Below are positions 1-8,249 of a DNA stretch of 20,000 bases, one piece after another. The stretch is from Neophaeotheca triangularis (taxonomy: Eukaryota), in NCBI GenBank assembly GCA_054600435.1, contig BAAIJX010000022.1:354930-374929 (forward strand), read 5' to 3'. Position 1 is the first letter of the stretch, and each line of letters starts with the position of its first letter. A program made the translations under genes and the position numbers. A model generated the notes under the pieces. It saw nothing but the letters and a program-made list of their open reading frames with translations. It was not told where the DNA came from and searched no databases.

Positions 1-595
1 TTTCGCATTGCAGGAATGAAGGTATGGAATGGCCAAAGCTTCGACATCTACGACAAGTTCTACGGGCGCAAGTTCAACGACCAGAATGTCAAAGACGGCT
101 TTGCCACGTTCTTTGCGGGTTTGGGACATGGCGTGTCTCCCAGTCTTGCCCAGGAGCTTTTGGAAACTATCCTGGCTGAGATCACAAAAGCACGTCAGCT
201 TCTGGAGAGGAACGAGTCGCGCATGTTTAGTGCCAGCGTGCTCATCGTTTACGAGGGCGACAACGACGCGCTCAAGACTTTGATGATTGGTGGAGACGAC
301 AAGACCCCAAAGGCAGACGAGTCTGCGCCGAAGCAATCCGAGATTCAAAAGAGTGTTGATGAAGAAGAGGACGAGGATGAGGAAGACCCGCCCACTGCCT
401 TTAGGGTCAAGATGATCGACTTTGCGCAGTACGTGATCACAGTACTGCGATTGGGTTTAATCGTCGTGAAAAAACTTGCTAACAATACCTTTCAGTGCCG
501 CTTGGACACCAGGAAAGGGCCCAGACGAGAACGTTGTCAAAGGTCTCAAGAACATCGAAGCTCAGATGGACGACCTGGTTGCTCAATTCGATTGA
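1..595 (+). CDS. IPK2: Inositol polyphosphate multikinase (Ipk2/Arg82 family), 5'-truncated; exons <1..428 and 496..595
   Basis: Frame 1 reads FRIAGMKVW, then MFSASVLIVYEGD (SSLL-like motif), an acidic insert (DEEEDEDEED) and VKMIDFA. Removing intron 429..495 restores IDFAH-AAWTPGKGPDENVVKGLKNI...QFD* (TGA 593-595), the typical IPK C-terminus. Confidence 0.9.
429..495 (+). other. Spliceosomal intron (67 nt) in the IPK gene
   Basis: Donor GTACGT at 429, branch GCTAAC at 478-483, acceptor CAG ending at 495; splicing restores the conserved IDFAH motif. Confidence 0.9.
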
Positions 596-659
596 ACGTC
601 GCAAACAACTACGAAGCCAGGCGTTTACGAGTTGCTTTCAGGGATACCCATGCACTATG

Positions 660-2051
660 CTATCGTTCTATACCAAATTCCTCGAAGATGCTCTCGTTGT
701 GCTGGCCCACGCTCGGTATCTCGTCCATTCTGACGTCGTACCCCTGATCGGCACCGGCAGGTCTCAAGGCAGGTATCATCCCGTTCGGCGTGTTGACACC
801 CGTCCACCTGTTCCTGGCTTTGAGTTGAGGGTGCGTCCAAAGCCCAGCCATATCATTCAACTTTGAATTCGCAATCCCGTTTTCTTCCAAACGCCTCAAA
901 ACCTCGTCAGCCTCCATTTCCGCAAAAACGCTCTCAATGATCTCCTTCAATTCTCTTCTGTTTTTCGATCTAACCGAAGTACTCTCAAACCGCTCATCCT
1001 CCACCAACTCCGGTTTATTTAAAACCGCCCTCGCGAAAACTCCCCATTCTCGCTCATTTTGCATCCCCAACATCACCGTTCCCCCTCCACCCGTCTCAAA
1101 AGGCCCATAAGGATAAATACTCGCATGTTCCGCGCCTGCCAGTCTCGGCGGCTCCTGTCCCTCATACGCATAATACAACGGAAAACTCATCCACTCGGCC
1201 ATACTCTCGAGCATACTGACATCCAGCCTAGAGCCCTTCCCCGTCTTACCACGCTGCAAAAGCGCCGCAAGAATGTTGTTAAAAGCCGTCGTCCCCGCGG
1301 CAATATCCGCAATACTGATACCAGCTTTAGCAGGCTGGCCGTCAGGGGTGCCAGTAATGGAGAGAAATCCCGCCTCAGCCTGTATCAGCAAATCATAAGC
1401 TTTCTTATCCTTATAAGGCCCGGTGCTCCCATACCCAGAAATGTCGCAGACAACCAACCCCTCATTCCCCGCGCGCAAGCTCTGAAACCCCAACCCCATA
1501 CGCTCCGTAGCACCAGGCGCGAGATTCTGGACCAGGACATCCGCTTTCATGATTATTTGCTTTAGCGCTTCGAGGTCGTCCGGGTTTTTGAGATCGAGGG
1601 CTAGCGATTCTTTGGATCGGTTGGTCCAGACGAAGTGCGAGCATTGGTTTTTGACTCTTTTGTCGTGTAGGCGGTTGAAGTCGCCGCTGCCGGGTCTTTC
1701 GATTTTGATCACGCGGGCGCCTAGGTCGGCGAGCTGGCGGGTGCAGAAGGGGCCGGCGATGGCTTGTTCAAGGGAGACTACTAGGGTCCCTGAGAGGGGG
1801 AGGTCGGAGCGTGGTGGGGATTGAGGTGAGCATTTTTGATGGTTGGGGGTGGTTGTGCTGAAGAGCCTGGCAGGAGCGCCGGAAGGGTTGATTCTTGACG
1901 GGCAGGTTTCGAATGCCGGGGATTTGGTCAGGCTACTTGGAAACTGGCGCACCCGCTGACTTATTGTCGATAGCCTGCTTGTTCCGCTGCTTCTTGTCGA
2001 CGATGAGGCCAGCTTCCGGGCAGGGGGCCCACGTGGCCTTAGAGAAAACAT
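660..2051 (-). CDS. Class III (CaiB/BaiF) CoA-transferase, about 463 aa, intronless, with a probable mitochondrial targeting peptide
   Basis: Family motifs LEQAIAGPFCTRQLADLGARVIKIERPG, NRSKESLALDLK, ADVLVQNLAPG, CDISGYG and AYDLLIQAEAG (position of the catalytic Asp). The first ATG is at 2051 (the ORF track uses GTG 2060). The N-terminus is Arg/Ser-rich and acid-poor (MFSLRPRGPPARKLASSSTRSS...). Confidence 0.92.
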   Translation of the reverse strand: MFSLRPRGPPARKLASSSTRSSGTSRLSTISQRVRQFPSSLTKSPAFETCPSRINPSGAPARLFSTTTPNHQKCSPQSPPRSDLPLSGTLVVSLEQAIAGPFCTRQLADLGARVIKIERPGSGDFNRLHDKRVKNQCSHFVWTNRSKESLALDLKNPDDLEALKQIIMKADVLVQNLAPGATERMGLGFQSLRAGNEGLVVCDISGYGSTGPYKDKKAYDLLIQAEAGFLSITGTPDGQPAKAGISIADIAAGTTAFNNILAALLQRGKTGKGSRLDVSMLESMAEWMSFPLYYAYEGQEPPRLAGAEHASIYPYGPFETGGGGTVMLGMQNEREWGVFARAVLNKPELVEDERFESTSVRSKNRRELKEIIESVFAEMEADEVLRRLEENGIANSKLNDMAGLWTHPQLKARNRWTGVNTPNGMIPALRPAGADQGYDVRMDEIPSVGQHNESIFEEFGIER

Positions 2052-2180
2052 TGTGACCACAGAACCTTTAACTCTCTATAGTCTGCAGTATGCTATTGTG
2101 TTGAGTTCACTCTCCTGTACTTGCGAAGCGCAATGGTTTCGGGTGTGGAAGGTGAGGTCGAGAAAGACGGTAAGATGCGC

Positions 2181-2201
2181 CCGGAAATAGTACCGGAAAT
2201 A
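2181..2201. promoter_or_regulatory. Direct repeat CCGGAAATA x2, candidate Zn(II)2Cys6 factor site
   Basis: CCGGAAATA at 2181-2189 and 2193-2201 (CGG-N9-CGG), about 130 bp upstream of the CoA-transferase ATG in the divergent intergenic region. Function is inferred only. Confidence 0.35.
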
Positions 2202-3040
2202 AGGAACCACTGACTTTCTCCGCACCTGGTGGAGACCGCATCCTTCTTCCACCTACAGCTTGTCTTTCGTGGCGATGGTGCTCAGTTCCTACTCATCGCT
2301 ACAAGCTCTTTAAGTGAACATGGATGCTTGGTGACCACTACAAGCAGCTGGAGTACCGCTAGAGTTGTCGCGACGCACTGCTGAGAGGACCAAAGATGAT
2401 GAAATGAGAAGGGATTCAAAGGTTGGCGGTGCTCCTAGCAGTATGCCTCGACATCAACCTCTTCGAGTAGCGACAAGTCAACGGGACACGAATCATGGGA
2501 TCAGCATGCCTGGACAAATCGCTAGGCGTATGTCGGGTTCCGCCCTTTTCCGGAGAGCCCTTCGACAGGCAAGACGATAGCTGACTAGGCATTGTTGCAC
2601 CCAGGCGAGGCTCATGAGACTTAAGGGCTTCCTACGACATTCCAGGTTCAGTGGTATGTACCGAAAGGGTTACCATCTGCCACCCGAAGAAAACTATCTG
2701 CATCACTCTCGTCCCTTTACCGCACTGCGAAGATCAAACCCGCACATGCATGGACCGAATGCGGGGATAGACATTTATCCGGCCTGTCAATGTTGCGCAG
2801 CTGGAGTCTAGCATGTTGATCAGCCCATGTCTTCGACTACATTGCATCGAGCTGTGGGTCTGTACGTATGATTGCGGAGCCTTGCTTCCACGCCGTCCTC
2901 GCTGCCTGTACAAGGCCAAGGATGAATGAATCAGTTTTGCGGCTTAGGCAGGGAACCGAAAGAATAAGTAGAAGGGCTCCCTCTTCGCTGATATCTTCTT
3001 CCTTTCACTGCACCAGCTATTCGATGTCAAAATTGTCAAA

Positions 3041-5592
3041 ATGCGTATCTCAAGCACCCTTAGTCTCTTCATCTCTTCCACGGCTACCTTCACCTCAGCC
3101 TTTCCGGCGCAAGGCGGCGACGACTATGGCAGACCCGATGGCTCGGCACCGTACAAGGACTCTTCCCTCTCTGTAGAAGAGCGAGTGCAGGACCTCCTCT
3201 CCAGGATGACTATCCACGAAAAGACCGCCCAGCTCATGCAAGGGGACATGGAGAATTGGGTCAACACAACCGATTACGTTTTCAACCGTACCGGGTTGGA
3301 GGTCAATTTCGAGCAGAAAGCTGGCCAGTTCTATGTTGGTCACCCAGTTCCTTGGGATGTGCTGGCAGGGAACATAAAGATCGGTCAAGACTATGCTGTC
3401 AACGAGACCAGACTCGGTATTCCGGCCCTTACGCATGATGAGGGTATCCACGGATTTCGCCAGAACAACGCTACTATCTTCAACTCTCCTATCGCCCATG
3501 CTTGTAGTTGGTAAGTGGAATTTCCCGATAAAAGGGGTCATGCAGAATCGAAGGGCCACTTGTGGCCAGAAATCTGTCCCTTGACAACGTGGATGTCAAA
3601 ATTGCTACGCGTACTGCGGGACCATTATCCGGCTACTCTCCCTTGCTGCATGATGCGCGCTTCTTGCTTACTTCTCGTAGGAACCGCACTCAGCTCCACC
3701 TGATGGCACAACAAATCGCTCTGGAGACGAAGGCCCTCGGAGTTAATCAGCTCTTCGCGCCAGTGGCAGATCTCGCACGTGAGCTCAGATTTGGGAGAGT
3801 CGAGGAGACATACGGAGAGGACCCGTATCTTGCTGGCGAGTTTGTCGCCGAGTACGTTCGTGGGGTCCAAAACGAAGGTGTCATGGCTACCGTAAAGCAC
3901 TTCACCGCCTTCAGCCAACCCGAGCAGGGACTGAATCTCGGGCCTGTACACGGCGGCGAGCGTGAATTGAGGACTATTTGGAACGTCCCCCAGAAGAAGG
4001 GAATCGTCGACGCTGGAGCCTGGTCGATTATGAGCTCGTATAACTCTTACGATGGTGTCCCTGTCATTAGCGATCGCTCCATCATGACCGGCATCCTGCG
4101 CGAGGAATGGGACTATGAGTATTATGTCATCTCCGACGCAGGTGGCACTGACCGACTTGCAGAGAACTTTGGGGTGTGCCCTGAGCCCTTGACAACTTTT
4201 GACGAGCCCACCACTGAAGGCAACGAATGCATCACCCTCGAAGCGCTTCCAGCTGGGAACGATGTGGAAATGGGCGGGGGCAGCTTCAACTTCCGTACTA
4301 TCCCCGAGCTCGTCGAGTCCGGTCGTTTGGGTGAGGAAGCTGTTGATAAAGCCGTCAGTCGCCTTCTCGGGGCGAAATTTGCCATGGGACTGTTCGAAAA
4401 CCCCTACCCTGCCGCCCCGCAAAGCGAATGGGACAACATCATTAACAACGACTACGCCAAGGGTCTGGCACGCGAGCAGGACCGAGACAGTATTGTGGTC
4501 TTGAAGAACGATGACGAGATGCTACCGCTTAGCAAGGACCAAAAGGTGGCTGTTATCGGACCCATGGCTGACGGCTTTATGAACTACGGGGATTACGTCG
4601 CATACGAAAGTCAGTACCGCGGAATTACGCCTCGCGTGGGCATCGAGGCTGCTGTCAATGGAGGTAACGTCACCTACGTCCAGGGCTGTGAACGCTGGAG
4701 CAACGATCAATCTGGCTTTCCTGAAGCCATCGCTGCCGCTGAAGACGCCGATGTCGCGGTTGTAGTCGTGGGTACCTGGTCTCGCGACCAGGTCGAACTC
4801 TGGATTCCACTAAATGCAACGACTGGCGAGTCCATGGATAACATGGATCTCAGCCTTGTCGGCGCCATGCGACCCCTAGTCGAAGCCATTATCAACACCA
4901 ACACACCTACCGTGGTCGTCTTCCAATCTGGCAAGCCCGTCACGGAGCCCTGGCTCTCCAACACAACCGCAAGCCTAATCCAGCAATTCTACCCCAGCCA
5001 AGAAGGCGGTAACGCGCTTGCCGATATCCTCTTCGGCGACGTCAACCCTTCGGGCCGCCTCTCCGTCTCCTATCCCCACGATGTAGGCGCCCTACCAATC
5101 TACTACGACTACTTAAAGTCCGGTCGCCCGGTGGAACCGGGTTTCGAAGCCCAGGATGGCGAACTCCACTTCGGGAACCAGTACACGCTCGGAACGCCGG
5201 CGGCTTGGTTCCCCTTCGGCTACGGGCTCAGCTACAGCGACTACGCCTACTCCAACGTCAGCCTCTCGTTCAGCAACGTAAAGCCTACCGACCACGTCAC
5301 TGCGTCTGTTAGCGTGACTAACAATGGCACTCGCGATGGTGCTGAGGTCGTTCAGCTCTATGTCACTGATGTGCTGGCTTCGGTGGATGTGGCGAACAAG
5401 CAGCTCAAGGGTTTTGAGAAGGTTTGGATTCCAGCAGGTGAGACTGTTGTGGTGGATATTGAGCTCGACGTTGCGGATCTAGGGGTTTGGAATCGGGATA
5501 TGGAGTACGTGGTCGAACCTGGCGAGTTCTGGATTCAGGTTGGCGCGAGTAGTGAGGATATTCGTGGAAGGGCTAGTTTGTGGGTTCAGTGA
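3041..5592 (+). CDS. Secreted glycoside hydrolase family 3 (beta-glucosidase/beta-xylosidase), about 793 aa; exons 3041..3510 and 3681..5592
   Basis: Signal peptide MRISSTLSLFISSTATFTSAFPA. GH3 motifs ERVQDLLSRMT, TRLGIP..DEGIHG, ARELRFGRVEETYGEDP, KHF, MSSY, nucleophile region YVISDAGG, PFGYGLSY, and a C-terminal Fn3-like domain (GAEVVQLYV..QLKGFEKV..EPGEF). Splicing 3511..3680 joins ACSW to NRTQLH in frame. Confidence 0.95.
3511..3680 (+). other. Spliceosomal intron (170 nt), strongly self-complementary; possible introner-like element
   Basis: GTAAGT donor at 3511, GCTTAC branch-like site at 3666-3671, TAG acceptor ending at 3680; removal restores the GH3 frame. Nested inverted repeats are detailed in the findings. 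Confidence 0.88.
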
Positions 5593-6507
5593 ATGCTCGC
5601 TTGATTCGCTGTCTCCCTTTTCTTAGGACGCGAGCAAGCCCTGGTGGATGTTGCTAGAGTGCTACTCCTTTACGTCTGCCACCGGTGACAAGGCCCAAAC
5701 TTTGACCCTCGCGAGAACAGTGGAGGAAATCCCGCCCGTAGTCGAGGACGTGAAGGCCGACTTGGTCTGGTAAGCGGCAGGTGCTACCTTCTATGACAGC
5801 CGAGCAGACATGGAGCACAGCGAGTGCCTATCGCGGAAACACGTAGTGACTATCAAAATGGAGTCCACAAGCAGCGGTAGTATAAGCTATAGAGCGAGCT
5901 AACGTGAAGTGTGAAGTGAGGTGCCACTTCAGTTTAGGTAGAGCAGTGAAGTTAGGCAAGCACATAAAAGTCAAGATTCTTCTCCATGCTCCTGCAGATT
6001 GCAAAAACTATGATGAAAAAAAGAGTAGTTCGCGTCAGCTGGAAGTAGTGCGATACCAGCGACACGGTGACGGTGAGCATGCGCAAGCACAGGAGCTCGC
6101 CATCGGATGGCAAAAATAAGAATAATCTTGAAGGTCCCGTAGGACCGTTTCAGAGATTAAACTGAAACTAAAAGAGGAATAGGTCAGTCTCTGCATCGTG
6201 GGTCGTTCCTTCCTAAATAGGCAACTTACAGAACAGATACTACACTTGATCTAAGCCAAAAGGCAAAGAGAGCTGGAGAAGAAAAGAAAGGAAGAGAGAG
6301 GGAGTTGGAAGAGCAGCTCAGTTTTGTGTCTGCGCGGTGGGCCCAAGCGCTCTAGCGCCGCTTAGTCACGGGTTGGGCAAGAGTCCGTGTCAAAAGTCTA
6401 GGTCACTGGGTCTGAAGTCGTGATATCAACAACGTAGCTTCGTCTCAAGTTTGGAAGACAACAAATACTCGAGGTCAAACATACCGAACTTGATCACTGC
6501 ATCTACC

Positions 6508-7825
6508 ATGCCTCTGCATATAGGCTCACAGGCCTACATGAATGGCTTCGATTCGATACCGTTCTTATGGCCTACCATCAAGGCTTTACCATGGCTTGGC
6601 GTACTGTATCTGCTCAAGGTCTACTTCTCAGGCGCGAGCAATACGAGTGAGAGAAACATGCACAGCAAAGTTGTCATGGTCACAGTGAGTAGTACTTGTA
6701 CAACGAGATTTGGTGAAGCCATCTGACCTTTTCCAGGGCGGTACAAGCGGCGTGGGTGAAGCAGTAGTCCGTGATCTAGCCTCACGGGGAGCACAAATCG
6801 TGCTCCTAACCCAACACACCCTCTCCGACCCATTTATTGTGGACTACATAGAAGACCTGCGCGAATACACTAAGAACGAACTCATCACGGCCGAGCAAGT
6901 GGACCTCTCCTCGCTCCACAGCATCCGCCAATTCGCCACCAAATGGATCGACAACGCCCCCGTCCGACGCTTAGACATGGTGATCCTCTGCGGCAACACC
7001 CTGACCCCAGCGGGCAGCAAACTGCAAAGCACGAGCGAAGGCATCGAACTAAACTGGCAAGTCAACTACCTCGCCAACTTCCACCTCCTGAGCATCCTCT
7101 CCCCGGCCCTGCGAGCCCAACCCGCCGACCGCGACGTCCGCATCCTCTTCGGAACCTGCAGCTCCTACATCGGCGGCGACCTCATCCACATCACCGAGCC
7201 GGAAAGCAGCAAAAGCGAAAAGCCAACCACGACTCCCGCCAAATTCTCCCCCTCAAACGCCTACGCCACTTCCAAGCTCGCTCTCATGTCCTTCGCCATA
7301 GCCTTCCAAAAACACCTCAATGCCCACGACCGGCCGGACAAAGCACCCATGAACAGCAAAGTGCTGCTAATCGACCCCGGTCTCTGCCGCACACCGGGAA
7401 CTCGACGCTGGCTAACCCGCGGCTCCCTGCTCGGCCTCCTGGCTTACCTGCTCTTCTACCCGCTGATCTGGTTCGTGCTCAAATCTCCTGACATGGGGTC
7501 GCAGAGCTTTCTGTTCGCGGCCATGGAAGAGCGCTTCGCACGAGGCGATGGCGGGTGGTTTATCAAGGAAGTAAAGGAGCGGCCGGGGTTTCTGCGCCAA
7601 GAGGTGGCGGACGAGGGTGCGCAGGCGAAGTTGTGGGAGTATAGCGAGAAGATGGTTGAGGAGGGGGAGAAGAGGGGCAAGGAGGCGAGGTCGAAGGCTC
7701 AGAAGACGAAGGAAGAGGCTGAGGAGAGGGAGACAGCGGAGAAGGAGGTTAGGGATTATAGGGAGAAGGTTGGGAAGAAAGATGGCCAGAAAAAGGAGGG
7801 TGGTAGGCGGAGCAAGAGGGCGTAG
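6508..7825 (+). CDS. PBR1: Short-chain dehydrogenase/reductase-like oxidoreductase, probable orthologue of yeast Pbr1 (YNL181W), about 421 aa; exons 6508..6684 and 6737..7825
   Basis: After removal of intron 6685..6736 (GTGAGT...CTGAC...CAG) the Rossmann motif VVMVTGGTSGVG forms; YATSK supplies YxxxK. Segments GASNTSERNMHSKV, LREYTKNELI..EQVDLSSLHSIRQFATKWIDNAPVRRLD match Pbr1 as I recall it. It has N-terminal and internal hydrophobic stretches and a charged C-terminal tail. Confidence 0.88.
6685..6736 (+). other. Spliceosomal intron (52 nt) in the SDR gene
   Basis: GTGAGT donor, CTGAC branch at 6723-6727, CAG acceptor; phase 0, completes the TGxxxGxG motif. Confidence 0.9.
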
Positions 7826-8249
7826 GAGAGGTAGTATCACGATGGGACTGTGAGATTTTGGTGCGCACTATAGTAGATACAAACCTACCAACCACGCAAA
7901 TTTCCTTTCTAACCTAGCACTAAAAACCCCAACGCCCGAGAATGCTTCCACAGTTTACTTTGATACGGATGTGGTCGTCCCAGATGATTTTTCTGATTTT
8001 TCTGTTCCATGCCTATTTCACTCAAGCTCTCAGTTCGAGTAACAGCCGCCGCTCCCCGTGCACCTCCATCAATATCCCCGCTCCGTTCCTCCGAGGGTTC
8101 TGATGAGTCGGTGCTGAAATGGTGAGCAGCGACTGTCCATGTCGTCTTCTCTCTTTGTGTCTTCGGCATTCGTTCCCGTAGCTGGTGACACAACATCCGT
8201 TCCTTCTCCTTTCACAAGTGCGAGCAAAGCCTCAATTGCAAGCAGCGCC

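Noticed and set aside
16..747. ORF-track 243-aa product as the real IPK protein
   Set aside because: It reads through a canonical intron; the spliced form restores IDFAH and ends at 595. The gene also starts upstream of the window.
2761..2879. Several SYGGRG (CreA-type) words upstream of the GH3 gene
   Set aside because: The motif is short and degenerate, so it is expected by chance at this GC content; it cannot be supported without conservation data.
3562..3680. N-terminus MARNLSLD... of the 676-aa ORF
   Set aside because: Lies within the GH3 intron; the 157-aa and 676-aa ORFs are two exons of one gene.
8095..8150. CTGATGA...GAAA resembling a hammerhead ribozyme core, or snoRNA C/D boxes
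   Set aside because: Stem II does not form, the cleavage position would be G rather than H, stem I is absent, and the C- and D-like boxes are too close for a snoRNA.
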